Assembly (NCBI GenBank): GCA_963742735.1
Contig: CAVUMN010000004.1
Span: 1,248,001 to 1,312,000, forward strand
Reading direction: 5' to 3'
DNA from: an uncultured Actinomycetes bacterium
GTDB lineage: Bacteria; Actinomycetota; UBA4738; JBBDTT01
DNA length: 64,000 bases
Below are positions 18,002-29,647 of this stretch, piece by piece (the stretch's first letter is position 1; each line of letters starts with the position of its first letter). Below the pieces are notes generated by a model. The model was not told the DNA's origin and did no database searches. It worked only from the letters and a program-made list of their open reading frames with translations. The position numbers and the translations under genes are program-made.

Positions 18002-18673
18002 ATGAACCCACAGAGCCTCGAACAGGCGAATGCCTTGCTTGCGGCTGCCGCCACCAGCACGAGCGTAGGCGAGCCCATTGCGCGTCCGCTGGCCGATCTC
18101 GGCCGCGACGTGGGCCTGCCGAGCCCACTGGCGCTGGCACGCGCCGTGCGCGCCCTCGTCTCCCGCGGGCGCATCGCCGCCGAGGACGGTGCCTATCGCC
18201 TGGTCGACGACCGGCCGGTCGAGGCGGGCGAGCGCGTCACCGTCGCGCCCCGCCCGGGCCGCCGGACGCGCGGCAAGCGCCGTGGGGACGCCGACGGGCA
18301 CGGGGACGGCCTGCCGACCTACTCGGACCTGGGCAGGGCCCTCGTCGACCGGCTGATCGAGCTGGCGCGGGAGACGGCCGCCATCGCGGAGCTCACCGAC
18401 GTCCGCCGCGAGTTGCGGGAGGAGCGATCGGCCCGGGTGCGCGCCGAGGAGCGGGCGAACGACATGCACACGCGTGTGCGGGACCTCGAGGCCAAGCTGG
18501 ACATGGCCGAGGAGAACCTTCGGCGCGTGATCGGGGTGGTGCGCCAGCAGACCGGCTCCGCCAAGCCCGCCGACCCGGAGGCCCAGGCCCTGTTGGCGAT
18601 CCTGCGGGGCACGCCCGCGGGCGACAACGGTGACGCCGGCGACCCCGCGACCGAGGAGACCCAGACGGGCTAG
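18002..18673 (+). CDS. Hypothetical winged-helix (LexA-DBD-like) + coiled-coil protein
   Basis: GAGGAG SD 5 nt before ATG 18002. PLADLGRDVGLPSPLALARAVRALVSRGRI resembles a wHTH; C-terminal heptad-rich helix. Confidence 0.7.
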   Translation: MNPQSLEQANALLAAAATSTSVGEPIARPLADLGRDVGLPSPLALARAVRALVSRGRIAAEDGAYRLVDDRPVEAGERVTVAPRPGRRTRGKRRGDADGHGDGLPTYSDLGRALVDRLIELARETAAIAELTDVRRELREERSARVRAEERANDMHTRVRDLEAKLDMAEENLRRVIGVVRQQTGSAKPADPEAQALLAILRGTPAGDNGDAGDPATEETQTG

Positions 18674-18686
18674 CGACCCGGGCGGA

Positions 18687-19493
18687 TCAGCGCCGCCGGG
18701 GGAGGAGGTTCCGCGACCGCCGGCGGGCCCCCAGGAACACCATCAACGCCGTTCCCAGCAGCAGCGCCAGGGTGCCGGGCGTCAGCGGGCCCGGCACCGT
18801 GAGGCCGACCTGCTGACCGGACGAGTCAACCGTGATCTGGATCCGGGCCTCGATGGGCTCGCCGTCCTCGTCCGTGGCGTTGACCACGATCTCGGCCGGA
18901 CCATCGCTGGCGTCGACCGGGATGCTCACCGACTTCCCGATCCGGCCCCCCCCGTTCACCGTCGCGACCGCCAGGTGCTCGCTCGAGGATCCCTGCACGA
19001 ACGAGATGGTGGCCTCGGACTTGGGGAGGAGGCGGCGGCACTGGACGTTCACGCCGGACTGGCCCGGGGCGGGGGTGGCGTCGTTGACGTTGCAGACGGC
19101 TGAGCCCGGTGATGGCGGCTCGCCGCCGTCCTCGTCCACGGTGACCTCGACGCGGCAGATCGCTCGCCGGCCGGTCTGATCGGGTCCCCCGACGACGAGC
19201 CGGGCGGGGCCGGGCTGGGCATCGGACGGGATCGTGACGTTCGTCGAGAACGACCCCTGGGCGTTGGTCGGGAACGGCCCGTACACCTGGTCGTCGTTCC
19301 CCTGGCGGAAGCGGATGTGGACCTCCGAGCTGGAGTCCCAGTTCTGCCCCGAGACCTGGACGGTCTGACCGGGGGCCACGGTGGTGTCGTTGACCTGGCA
19401 CGTCGGGGGCTGTGGCGGATACTGGGCCCACGCCGGCGTCGCCAGGGCGAAGACGACGAGAACGACCGCGACCAGAGCACCTACTCTGCGCAT
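18687..19493 (-). CDS. Secreted, C-terminally anchored surface protein with two beta-rich (Ig-like) repeats
   Basis: GGAGG SD, signal peptide MRRVGALVAVVLVVFALATPAWA|Q, two CxVNDxTxAPGQ repeats, C-terminal TM followed by RRRSR. Confidence 0.8.
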   Translation of the reverse strand: MRRVGALVAVVLVVFALATPAWAQYPPQPPTCQVNDTTVAPGQTVQVSGQNWDSSSEVHIRFRQGNDDQVYGPFPTNAQGSFSTNVTIPSDAQPGPARLVVGGPDQTGRRAICRVEVTVDEDGGEPPSPGSAVCNVNDATPAPGQSGVNVQCRRLLPKSEATISFVQGSSSEHLAVATVNGGGRIGKSVSIPVDASDGPAEIVVNATDEDGEPIEARIQITVDSSGQQVGLTVPGPLTPGTLALLLGTALMVFLGARRRSRNLLPRRR

Positions 19494-19689
19494 GACCCTT
19501 GCCTCCATGCCGGCCCGTCCGCGGGACCAGGGGGGCGGTCCGGCTACGCTACGAGCCGCATCGCTCCCGGTCAAGCCGCTCCCACCGGTTTCGACACGGA
19601 CGCCGCCGCTCCCTTTGTGGGTATTTCCCCGCACGCGGGTCCGAACCGGCCGACTCGGTCAGAACAGGGGCCCGAACCGGGCAGCTCGG

Positions 19690-21729
19690 TCACGACAGGG
19701 GCCGCAGGACGAACCGGACCAGCTTCTTCCACGTCCGCTCGAGGAGCGGTTTCTCGAACTCGAACCGGAGGGTACGAAGCTTGCTTGCCGGCCCGGTCCA
19801 GGTGGCCCGGTCGCCCGAGACGTCCATGGGTTCGCTGGTGTACGCGATCTCCATGCCCGGGGGGGCGTGGACGGTGACCGTGAGGGTCGTCGGCCGGATC
19901 AGCCCGGGCTGGTCCTGCACGTTCACGACGTAGGCCCCCGCGAGGGAATCCCCCTGCCAGGCGTCGGGGAGGGCGAGCTCGTACTCGAGCGTCGTGCGCT
20001 CACCCGGCGGGACCCGAACGAGCTCGGAGAACACCCGGTGGCCGAGCTCTCGCTCGACGCCCACGGGCTCGGCCAGGCCGTCACGAGTGTGGCCCTGGAG
20101 CTCGCAGTCCGCGCCGCAGTAGGTCGAGAGGAACGAGACCGACTCGCCGACCTCCGAGGCGCCGGCGAACGGCCCGATGACGTACGTCGGCTGGCCACGA
20201 GTGGGCGAGGGGTTGTCCAGGGTGACCCGGACGCTGGCCTCGGCGGTGCCCGCGTCCCCCAGCCGGACGTCGTAGCTCACCGAGCGTTCGACGTAGTAGT
20301 CGACCTTGTTCGCCGCGGAGTTGGTCGCCGAGACGGCGAGGTAGTCGCCCGGTGGGGCGAGCAGCGCCCCGGCCGCCCGTGCGGCCTCGAATGCCGCCTG
20401 CTCGTCCGCGTCGACGGCGTGGAACATCAGGTGGCCGTCGGCGACGGTCTGCGCGAGGGCCCGGACGGCGTTGATCCGGTTGCGAGCACCGGCCACGAAG
20501 CGATCGAAGGTGGCCTTGGCCGCGTCGCCCAGGACGCGCTTGCGCTGCTCGACCCCGGAGATGATCGAGTAGGCCTTGTTCGTCGTGTAGTCCACGACGT
20601 TGGCGGCGTTGAGGGTGGCCCCCAGCGAGGGGACCCGGACCGGACCGGTCGAGGTCAGGAGGGCCGCCAGCGCCTGGGGGTTCGCCGCGATGACCCCATC
20701 GAGCCGGTTGCGCGTCACGACCCTGTACAGCCGCTCGATCGAGACGGCGGCCGAGGGGAAATCGGGAGTGACGTTGATGTTCCGCCAGAAGCCGGGACCG
20801 CCGAAGCCTCGATACCGCGCGGCGTAGTCGGGGTTGGGCGCCTTGATCCGGCCGACCGCGTCCGGCAGCGACTCGATCGGCTCGAAGGTCGAGAACCTCA
20901 GGGCGCCCTTGAAGGTGGTGAGGATCGCGTAGGACCCGATGAACCCGCCCGTGCCCCGGAGCTCCGCCGGGTTCTGTGCCGCCACGAAGTAGCGGCGGAC
21001 CCCGTGCGCCCCCAGGAAGTCGGGCAGCTGCTTCGTGACGGCGGAGGCCGCCCGCAGCGCGGTCTGCAGCGTCGCCAGGGGCGCCTCGAACTGGCGCCGG
21101 GCGTCGGCCACCTGCGGCACGACCCACGTCCGCTCGGTCCGGGCCAGCACGGCGCTCGCCTCGTCCACCTGCGCCGCGACCACGTCGAGCACGGCGTCGA
21201 GCTGGATCAGGGCCCGCAGCGAGATCGTGCCGTCCTCGGGGGCCAGGCCTCCCAGCCCGCCGGGGACGAAGGACACCGCGTGGGCCAGCGTGGCGCCCGC
21301 CGACGCCACGTTCGCCCCCGCCGACGCCATCGCCTCGATCGCGTCCGGGGTCCGGCCGATGATGGGCAGCTTGGAGGCGAGGCTCAGGAACGGGGAGTCC
21401 ACGCGAGAGCCGGCCCGGATGAACGCCGAGGACGCCTGATCGAACAGCCGCCGGGCGCGGGGGAGGTCGCCCGCGAAGAACGCGTCGCGGCCCGCCTCGA
21501 TGGCCTGCTTGGCGCCGACCAGCTCCCGCTGGATCCGCAGCGCCGGGAGCAGGCTGAGGACCCCCACCAACGTGAGCGTCAGCGCGGTGACGATCAGCCC
21601 GAGGCTCCACCGCCGGACCCGCGCTCGCCGCGACCGCCGGCGCTTGCGCCGGCGATGGGGATCGGGGGACTCGCGACGACGCCCGAGCACGGGCGAGCAG
21701 GGTATCAGCCGGGGTGACACAAAACGCAT
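19690..21729 (-). CDS. DUF4012 domain membrane-anchored extracytoplasmic protein
   Basis: Basic N-terminus + single TM and a helical region, then [26 protein letters not shown] and NKVDYY motifs. Exact start uncertain. Confidence 0.82.
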   Translation of the reverse strand: MRFVSPRLIPCSPVLGRRRESPDPHRRRKRRRSRRARVRRWSLGLIVTALTLTLVGVLSLLPALRIQRELVGAKQAIEAGRDAFFAGDLPRARRLFDQASSAFIRAGSRVDSPFLSLASKLPIIGRTPDAIEAMASAGANVASAGATLAHAVSFVPGGLGGLAPEDGTISLRALIQLDAVLDVVAAQVDEASAVLARTERTWVVPQVADARRQFEAPLATLQTALRAASAVTKQLPDFLGAHGVRRYFVAAQNPAELRGTGGFIGSYAILTTFKGALRFSTFEPIESLPDAVGRIKAPNPDYAARYRGFGGPGFWRNINVTPDFPSAAVSIERLYRVVTRNRLDGVIAANPQALAALLTSTGPVRVPSLGATLNAANVVDYTTNKAYSIISGVEQRKRVLGDAAKATFDRFVAGARNRINAVRALAQTVADGHLMFHAVDADEQAAFEAARAAGALLAPPGDYLAVSATNSAANKVDYYVERSVSYDVRLGDAGTAEASVRVTLDNPSPTRGQPTYVIGPFAGASEVGESVSFLSTYCGADCELQGHTRDGLAEPVGVERELGHRVFSELVRVPPGERTTLEYELALPDAWQGDSLAGAYVVNVQDQPGLIRPTTLTVTVHAPPGMEIAYTSEPMDVSGDRATWTGPASKLRTLRFEFEKPLLERTWKKLVRFVLRPLS

Positions 21730-21760
21730 CTGGTAGGGTCGCGTGCGCAGCGGAGCACAA

Positions 21761-21790
21761 TTGACAGTACCGGGCGCCGATCTGTAGATT
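21761..21790 (+). promoter_or_regulatory. Sigma70/HrdB-type promoter of the str (rpsL) operon
   Basis: TTGACA (21761-66), 18 nt, TAGATT (21785-90), in an AT-richer patch ~175 nt upstream of rpsL. Confidence 0.7.
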
Positions 21791-21884
21791 TATTGGTCGC
21801 GCGTCGGACCGAACACGCCGCGCGGACACCCTCAGGCACTCCAGGGGGACCCAAGGGAAAGCGGCACCGAGCGCAACACCCTCG

Positions 21885-21911
21885 AAGCCGGACCCGCCGG
21901 GTCCGGTTTTT
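21885..21911 (+). terminator. Intrinsic-terminator-like hairpin inside the rpsL 5' leader
   Basis: CCGGACCC-GCC-GGGTCCGG perfect 8-bp stem followed by TTTTT. Confidence 0.6.
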
Positions 21912-21963
21912 GCTGAATCCCCCTGGCCGAGCACCACGACGGAAGACGAGCGCGGGGATACCC

Positions 21964-22335
21964 ATGCCGACAGTCCAGCAGCTGGTCCGCAAGGGGCGGA
22001 AGATGCCCCGGACCAAGACCAAGAGCCCGGCGCTGCGCGGTTCGCCGCAGCGGCGCGGGGTCTGCACGCGTGTCTACACGACCACGCCGAAGAAGCCGAA
22101 CTCGGCCCTTCGGAAGGTCGCGCGCGTTCGCCTGACGACGGGCACCGAGGTCACCGCATACATCCCCGGGATCGGCCACAACCTCCAGGAGCACTCCATC
22201 GTGCTGATCCGCGGGGGCCGCGTGAAGGACCTGCCGGGGGTTCGCTACAAGATCATCCGGGCCACGCTGGACACCGCCGGGGTCCGCGACCGGAAGAAGG
22301 CGCGCTCCAAGTACGGCGCCAAGCGCGAAGGCTAG
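21964..22335 (+). CDS. rpsL: 30S ribosomal protein S12
   Basis: [11 protein letters not shown]...[11 protein letters not shown]...[10 protein letters not shown]. Confidence 0.99.
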   Translation: MPTVQQLVRKGRKMPRTKTKSPALRGSPQRRGVCTRVYTTTPKKPNSALRKVARVRLTTGTEVTAYIPGIGHNLQEHSIVLIRGGRVKDLPGVRYKIIRATLDTAGVRDRKKARSKYGAKREG

Positions 22336-22357
22336 AGCGGGGAGCGGGGAGGCAACG

Positions 22358-22828
22358 ATGCCGAGGAAGGGACCAGCGTCCAAGCGCGAGACCGCGCCGG
22401 ACCCCATCTATCAGAACCCGCTCGTCACGCAGCTGATCAACAAGGTGCTGCTCGACGGGAAGAAGGCCCTGGCCGAGCGCATCGTCTACAAGGCCCTGGA
22501 GATCGTCTCGGAGCGCACGGCGAACGACCCCGTCATCACGCTGAAGAAGGCGGTCGACAACACCAAGCCCCTCCTCGAGGTTCGGTCTCGGAGGGTCGGG
22601 GGGGCCACGTACCAGGTCCCGGTGGAGGTTCGCGCCGGCCGCGGCACGACCCTGGCGCTGCGGTGGCTGGTCGGGTTCTCCCGGCAGCGCAAGGAGCACA
22701 CGATGGCCGAGCGCCTGGTCGGCGAGATCATGGACGCCTCGAACGCGCAGGGCTCGGCGGTCAAGCGCCGCGAGGACATGCACAAGATGGCTGAGGCGAA
22801 CAAGGCGTTCGCCCATTACCGCTGGTAA
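22358..22828 (+). CDS. rpsG: 30S ribosomal protein S7
   Basis: MPRKGP...[11 protein letters not shown]...[12 protein letters not shown]. Confidence 0.99.
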   Translation: MPRKGPASKRETAPDPIYQNPLVTQLINKVLLDGKKALAERIVYKALEIVSERTANDPVITLKKAVDNTKPLLEVRSRRVGGATYQVPVEVRAGRGTTLALRWLVGFSRQRKEHTMAERLVGEIMDASNAQGSAVKRREDMHKMAEANKAFAHYRW

Positions 22829-22875
22829 GGCGTATGGCGACGCCGGCGGAGCGATTGGAAGAGGAGACGAGTGCG

Positions 22876-25011
22876 GTGGCTGACACCGCGGAGGTTCGTG
22901 AACCGCGAGGAACCGGTCCGGCGAAGGGCCTGGTCCTGCGCGAGTACCCGCTGGCCAGGACCCGCAACATCGGGATCATGGCCCACATCGACGCGGGCAA
23001 GACCACGACGACCGAGCGGATCCTCTACTACACCGGAAAGACCTACAAGGTCGGCGAGGTCCACGAGGGCACGGCCGTCATGGACTGGATGGTCCAGGAG
23101 CAGGAGCGCGGCATCACCATCACCTCGGCCGCCACCACCTGCGTGTGGAAGGACCACTGGATCAACATCATCGACACGCCCGGCCACGTCGACTTCACGG
23201 TCGAGGTCGAGCGGTCGCTGCGCGTGCTGGACGGCGCGGTCGCCATCTTCGACTCGGTGGCCGGCGTCGAGCCTCAGACCGAAACGGTGTGGCGGCAGGC
23301 CGACCGCTACTCGGTGCCCCGGATCTGCTTCGTCAACAAGATGGACCGGACGGGCGCGGACTTCTACCGCACGGTGGACATGATCGAGAACCGCCTGCAG
23401 GCTACGGCGCTCGTCGTCCAGATTCCGTGGGGTGTCGAGTCCGGGTTCCAGGGGGTGATCGACCTGGTCACCATGCGCGGACACCGGTGGATCTCCGAGA
23501 AGGGCGAGGAGTGGGAGGACACCGACATCCCCGAGGATATGCGTGAGCGGGCCGCGGAGTGGCACCACACGCTCTTCGAGCGGCTGGCCGATCACGACGA
23601 GGAGCTCATGGACAAGTTCGTCCACGAGCAGGAACCGACCGTCGACGAGCTCCGCCGCGCGATCCGCCGGGCCACGCTGCGCGTGGAGGGCACCCCCGTC
23701 CTGTGTGGGACTGCATTCAAGAACAAGGGCGTCCAGCCCTTGCTGGACGCGATCATCCAATACCTGCCCTCGCCGCTCGACGTACCGCCCATGTCGGGCG
23801 TCAACCCGGCCGGTGAGGAGGCCCTCCGCGAACCGCGCGACGACGCCCCGTTCTCTTCGCTCGCCTTCAAGATCGTCTCCGACCCGTACGTGGGGCGGCT
23901 CACCTATATCCGCGTGTACTCGGGCGTCCTTCGCGCCGGGTCCCACGTGCTGAACTCGACGAAGGACCGCAAGGAGCGGGTCGGCCGGATCCTGCAGATG
24001 CATGCCAACCACCGGGAGGACCGCGAGGCCGCGTTCGCGGGGGACATCGTCGCGATCGTGGGGCTCAAGCACACGACCACGGGCGACACCCTGGCCGACC
24101 CGTCCGATCCCGTGATCCTCGAATCGATGACGTTCCCCGAGCCGGTGATCTCCGTTGCCATCGAGCCGAAGACGAAGGCCGACCAGGACAAGCTGGGAGT
24201 CGCGCTGCAGAAGCTCTCGGATGAGGACCCGACGTTCCAGGTCCGCTCCGACGAGGAGACCGGCCAGACGATCATCATGGGGATGGGCGAGCTGCACCTC
24301 GAGGTGCTGGTCGACCGGATGGTTCGGGAGTTCAACGTCGAGGCCAACGTGGGCCGTCCGCAGGTGGCCTACCGCGAGACGATCCGCAAGCCGGTGCACA
24401 AGGTCGTCTACCGCCACGTCAAGCAGACCGGCGGCCACGGCCAGTTCGCGCACGTCGTCATCGACCTCGAGCCAACGGGTCCCGGGGGCGGCTACGAGTT
24501 CATCGACAAGATCACCGGCGGCAAGATCCCGCGGGAGTACATCCCCGCGGTGGACCAGGGCATCCTCGAGTCGATGGAGTCCGGGGTTCTGGCGGGCTAT
24601 CCGCTGGTGGACCTGCGCGCGACGCTGACTGACGGCAGCCACCACGAAGTCGACTCCTCCGAGATGGCCTTCAAGATCGCCGGCCAGGCCGTCTTGCGCG
24701 AGGCCGCGAAGAAGGCCGACCCCGCGCTCCTCGAGCCCATGATGGAGGTCGAGGTGGTGACGCCCGAGGAGAACATGGGCGACGTCATCGGCGACCTCAA
24801 CGCGCGCCGGGCGCGGATGGAGGGCCTCGAGCAGCGAGGCGCCACCCGGGTCATCAAGGCCCTCGTCCCGCTGTCGGAGATGTTCGGCTACGCGACGGAC
24901 CTGCGGTCGAAGACCCAGGGCCGGGCCACGTACACCATGCAGTTCCATTCGTACCAGGAGGTCCCGGGCAACATCGCACGGGAGATCGTGGCGAAGGTCA
25001 GAGGGGAGTAA
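22876..25011 (+). CDS. fusA: Elongation factor G
   Basis: [31 protein letters not shown]. Start taken as GTG 22876 (after GAGGAG); ATG 22834 is also in frame. Confidence 0.98.
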   Translation: MADTAEVREPRGTGPAKGLVLREYPLARTRNIGIMAHIDAGKTTTTERILYYTGKTYKVGEVHEGTAVMDWMVQEQERGITITSAATTCVWKDHWINIIDTPGHVDFTVEVERSLRVLDGAVAIFDSVAGVEPQTETVWRQADRYSVPRICFVNKMDRTGADFYRTVDMIENRLQATALVVQIPWGVESGFQGVIDLVTMRGHRWISEKGEEWEDTDIPEDMRERAAEWHHTLFERLADHDEELMDKFVHEQEPTVDELRRAIRRATLRVEGTPVLCGTAFKNKGVQPLLDAIIQYLPSPLDVPPMSGVNPAGEEALREPRDDAPFSSLAFKIVSDPYVGRLTYIRVYSGVLRAGSHVLNSTKDRKERVGRILQMHANHREDREAAFAGDIVAIVGLKHTTTGDTLADPSDPVILESMTFPEPVISVAIEPKTKADQDKLGVALQKLSDEDPTFQVRSDEETGQTIIMGMGELHLEVLVDRMVREFNVEANVGRPQVAYRETIRKPVHKVVYRHVKQTGGHGQFAHVVIDLEPTGPGGGYEFIDKITGGKIPREYIPAVDQGILESMESGVLAGYPLVDLRATLTDGSHHEVDSSEMAFKIAGQAVLREAAKKADPALLEPMMEVEVVTPEENMGDVIGDLNARRARMEGLEQRGATRVIKALVPLSEMFGYATDLRSKTQGRATYTMQFHSYQEVPGNIAREIVAKVRGE

Positions 25012-25013
25012 CG

Positions 25014-26198
<1,185 letters not shown>

Positions 26199-26229
26199 CT
26201 CGAGCGACGAAGGAAGAAGAGGGGACGAA

Positions 26230-26538
26230 GTGGCAGGACCCAAGATCCGGATCAAGCTCCGTGGCTACGACCACCAGATCCTGGATGCCGCCGCGCGCGA
26301 CATCGCGGACCACGTCGTGCGCACCGGGGCCAAGGTCGTGGGTCCCGTCCCGCTGCCCACCGAGCGGAACCTGTTCACGGTCATCCGCTCGCCGTTCAAG
26401 GACAAGGACAGCCGCGAGCACTTCGAGATGCGGACCCACAAGCGGCTGATCGACATCCACGACGCCACGTCGAAGACGGTCCAGGAGCTTCAGCGCCTGA
26501 ACCTCTCCGCGGGGGTCGACATCGAGATCAAGCTCTAA
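26230..26538 (+). CDS. rpsJ: 30S ribosomal protein S10
   Basis: [11 protein letters not shown]...GPVPLPT...[12 protein letters not shown] start. Confidence 0.98.
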   Translation: MAGPKIRIKLRGYDHQILDAAARDIADHVVRTGAKVVGPVPLPTERNLFTVIRSPFKDKDSREHFEMRTHKRLIDIHDATSKTVQELQRLNLSAGVDIEIKL

Positions 26539-26553
26539 AGGACCGCTGAAACC

Positions 26554-27207
26554 ATGAAGGGCATCCTCGGCGAGAAGGTCGGCATGACCCAGATCTTCAC
26601 GGAGGACCGGCGCGCGCTGCCGGTCACCGTGATCAAGGCCGGGCCGTGTCACGTCGTCCAGGTCAAGACCGAGGCCCGGGACGGCTACTCGGCGGTGCAG
26701 ATCGCGTTCGGCGCCCTGCCGGCCCGGAAGGCGACCCAGCCCGAGGCCGGCCACGCGAAGGCGGCCGGCCTCGACGAGACGCCGCGCTACCTGGTCGAGC
26801 TCCGGACCGACGGCGACGCCCTCGAGGCGGGTCAGGAGCTGAAGGCGGACCTGTTCGCGGCGGGCGACCTCGTCGACGTCGTCGGCGTCTCGAAGGGCAA
26901 GGGGTTCGCCGGCGTCATGAAGCGCCACGGCTTTGCCGGGCTCGGCGCCAGCCACGGCACGCAGGCCAAGCACCGCTCGCCGGGCTCGGTGGGCGCGTGC
27001 GCGACCCCTTCGCGGATCTTCAAGGGGATGAAGATGGCGGGCCAGATGGGTCACGAGCGCGTGACGATCCTGAACCTCGAGGTCGTCGAGGCGGACGCCG
27101 AGCGCAACCTGTTGCTGATCAAGGGCGCCGTGCCCGGTCCCAACGGCGGCCTGGTGATGGTGAAGTCGGCCGTCAAGGCGCCGCTCAAGAAGGGCGGTGT
27201 TGCCTGA
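26554..27207 (+). CDS. rplC: 50S ribosomal protein L3
   Basis: [15 protein letters not shown]...[15 protein letters not shown]. Confidence 0.98.
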   Translation: MKGILGEKVGMTQIFTEDRRALPVTVIKAGPCHVVQVKTEARDGYSAVQIAFGALPARKATQPEAGHAKAAGLDETPRYLVELRTDGDALEAGQELKADLFAAGDLVDVVGVSKGKGFAGVMKRHGFAGLGASHGTQAKHRSPGSVGACATPSRIFKGMKMAGQMGHERVTILNLEVVEADAERNLLLIKGAVPGPNGGLVMVKSAVKAPLKKGGVA

Positions 27208-27860
27208 TGGCCACCGTCGACGTGCTCGACCTCACCGGCAAGAAGGTGGGCAGCGAGGAGCTCGCCCCCGACGTGTTCGAGGCCGAGGTGAAGCCGGCGC
27301 TCATGCACCAGGTCGTGGTGGCGGGCGGCGCCGCGCAGCGCAGCGGCACGCACTCGACCAAGACGCGTGCCGAGGTGCGCGGTGGCGGGCGCAAGCCGTG
27401 GCGCCAGAAGGGCACCGGGCGCGCGCGAGCCGGATCGATCCGCGCCCCGCAGTGGACCGGCGGCGGCGTGGCCCACGGGCCGAGCCCCCGGGACCACGCC
27501 CAGCGCGTCAACAAGAACATGCGCAAGGCCGCACTCCGCTCGGCCCTGTCCGCGCGGGCGCGCGACGGCAAGCTGGTGGTCGTCGAGGGGGTCGAGCTCG
27601 AGGAGCCGCGCACCAAGCTGGCCGTCGAGGCGCTGACGGCGCTCGGCGTCGCGGACGGCAAGGTCCTGCTGGTGCTCCCGGCGCCGGACGCCCTGGTCGA
27701 GCGCGCCTTCCGCAACCTCCCGAACGTACGCGTGACCTACGGCCGCAGCCTCGGGACGTACGAGGTCCTCGCCGCCGACGCGATCGTGTTCACCCGGGCC
27801 GCGCTCGCGCTCGCCGGCAAGGGCGGCGGCAAGGCCGAGGAGGAGGGTGGCGCCGAGTGA
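27207..27860 (+). CDS. rplD: 50S ribosomal protein L4
   Basis: [32 protein letters not shown] coupling with rplC. Confidence 0.98.
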   Translation: MATVDVLDLTGKKVGSEELAPDVFEAEVKPALMHQVVVAGGAAQRSGTHSTKTRAEVRGGGRKPWRQKGTGRARAGSIRAPQWTGGGVAHGPSPRDHAQRVNKNMRKAALRSALSARARDGKLVVVEGVELEEPRTKLAVEALTALGVADGKVLLVLPAPDALVERAFRNLPNVRVTYGRSLGTYEVLAADAIVFTRAALALAGKGGGKAEEEGGAE

Positions 27861-28156
27861 AGTCGCCGCGTGACGTCATCGTTCGTCCGGTCGTCTCCGA
27901 GAAGTCCTACGCGGGGCTCGAGGGCAACCGCTACACGTTCCTCGTCGACCCCGAGGCGAACAAGACCCAGATCAAGCAGGCCATCGAGGCGATCTGGAAC
28001 GTCCGGGTCACCAACGTGAACACGATGAACCGTAAGGGCAAGGCCAAGCGGGGTGGGCGGTACCGCCAGATCACGGGGCACCGCGCCAACCAGAAGCGGG
28101 CCATCGTCACGCTCGCCGAGGGTGACCAGATCGAGATCTTCGAGAGCGGGAAGTAG
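27857..28156 (+). CDS. rplW: 50S ribosomal protein L23
   Basis: [12 protein letters not shown]...[11 protein letters not shown]...KRAIVTL. GTGA overlap. Confidence 0.97.
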   Translation: MKSPRDVIVRPVVSEKSYAGLEGNRYTFLVDPEANKTQIKQAIEAIWNVRVTNVNTMNRKGKAKRGGRYRQITGHRANQKRAIVTLAEGDQIEIFESGK

Positions 28157-28158
28157 CG

Positions 28159-28989
28159 ATGCCGGTACGCAAGTACAAGCCGACCAGCCCGGGGCGCCGT
28201 GGGTCCAGCGTGTCCGACTTCGCGGACATCACGCGCAACCGCCCCGAGCGCTCGCTCCTGGCCCCGAAGCCGAAGAAGGCCGGACGCAACGCGACCGGGC
28301 GCATCACGACGCGCCATCAGGGTGGCGGCAACAAGAACCGCTACCGGATCATCGACTTCCGCCGAAACAAGGACGGGGTCCCGGCCAAGGTCGCCGAGAT
28401 CGAGTACGACCCCAACCGGAGTGCGCGCATCGCCCTCCTCCACTACGCGGACGGGGAGAAGCGCTACATCCTGGCCCCGGTCGGGGTGCGGGTGGGCGAC
28501 CGCCTGGGCTCGGGCGCCGGCGCGGACATCCGTCCCGGCAACGCGCTGCCCCTGAAGAACATTCCGGTGGGCACGACCATCCACGCGGTCGAGCTCCGCC
28601 CGGGGGGCGGCGCGAAGATGGCTCGCTCGGCGGGCACGAGCGTGCAGCTCGTGGCCAAGGACGGGTCGATGGCCCAGCTGAGGCTGCCCTCGGGAGAGAT
28701 GCGGCTGGTCCCCTCGGAGTGCCGGGCGACGGTCGGCGTCGTCGGCAACCCCGAGCACGAGCTGATCTCCTGGGGCAAGGCGGGCCGGAACCGCTGGCGG
28801 AACAAGCGTCCGTCGGTCCGGGGCGTCGCGATGAACCCCGTCGACCACCCGCTCGGCGGTGGCGAGGGCAAGAGCTCGGGCGGCCGCCACCCCACGACCC
28901 CGTGGGGCAAGGCGGAGGGCCGCACGCGCAAGAAGGGCAAGCCGTCGGACAAGTACATCGTTCGCCGGCGCGGGAAGAAGCGAGGGTAG
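28159..28989 (+). CDS. rplB: 50S ribosomal protein L2
   Basis: [29 protein letters not shown]. Confidence 0.99.
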   Translation: MPVRKYKPTSPGRRGSSVSDFADITRNRPERSLLAPKPKKAGRNATGRITTRHQGGGNKNRYRIIDFRRNKDGVPAKVAEIEYDPNRSARIALLHYADGEKRYILAPVGVRVGDRLGSGAGADIRPGNALPLKNIPVGTTIHAVELRPGGGAKMARSAGTSVQLVAKDGSMAQLRLPSGEMRLVPSECRATVGVVGNPEHELISWGKAGRNRWRNKRPSVRGVAMNPVDHPLGGGEGKSSGGRHPTTPWGKAEGRTRKKGKPSDKYIVRRRGKKRG

Positions 28990-29274
28990 ATGCCGCGTTC
29001 AGTCAAGAAGGGTCCGTTCGTGGACGACCACCTGCTGGCCAAGGTCGAGCAGGCCACCCAGCGCCGCGACAAGCGCGTGATCAAGACGTGGTCGCGCCGC
29101 TCGACGGTCATCCCCGACATGGTGGGGCTGACCATCGCCGTCCACGACGGCCGCAAGCACGTCCCGATCTTCATCACCGAGGCGATGGTCGGGCACAAGC
29201 TCGGGGAGTTCGCGCCGACGCGCACGTTCCGCACGCACGGCCACCACACCGAGCGCAGCTCGTCACTCAAGTAG
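28990..29274 (+). CDS. rpsS: 30S ribosomal protein S19
   Basis: [12 protein letters not shown]...[11 protein letters not shown]. Confidence 0.99.
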   Translation: MPRSVKKGPFVDDHLLAKVEQATQRRDKRVIKTWSRRSTVIPDMVGLTIAVHDGRKHVPIFITEAMVGHKLGEFAPTRTFRTHGHHTERSSSLK

Positions 29275-29284
29275 TCGAGGGGAT

Positions 29285-29647
29285 ATGGAAGCCAAGGCAA
29301 CCGCACGGTTCGTCAGGGTCTCGCCGAACAAGGCGCGTCGCGTCGTCGACATGATCCGCGGGGCGCACGTCGAGGAAGCTCGGCGGGTCCTGCGGTTCAC
29401 GCCGCTCGGCGCGGCCGTCACCGTTCGCAAGGTCCTGGACTCGGCGATCGCCAACGCCGAGGTCAAGTCGGCGGGCGCGGTGGCGCCGACGAACCTGCGG
29501 GTGGCCAAGGCCTTCGTGGACGAGGGTCCGACCCTTCGCCGTTTCCAGCCGCGGGCGCAGGGCCGCGCCTACCGGATCCGCAAGCGCACGAGCCACATCA
29601 CGGTGGTCGTGGAATCGATCGGAGAGGTCGTTGGGGCACAAGGTTAA
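29285..29647 (+). CDS. rplV: 50S ribosomal protein L22
   Basis: [14 protein letters not shown]...PRAQGRA...KRTSHIT. Confidence 0.98.
   Translation: MEAKATARFVRVSPNKARRVVDMIRGAHVEEARRVLRFTPLGAAVTVRKVLDSAIANAEVKSAGAVAPTNLRVAKAFVDEGPTLRRFQPRAQGRAYRIRKRTSHITVVVESIGEVVGAQG

Noticed and set aside
21964-22335. Streptomycin-resistance substitutions in S12
   Set aside because: Both canonical lysines (PKKPNS, RVKDLP) are wild type.
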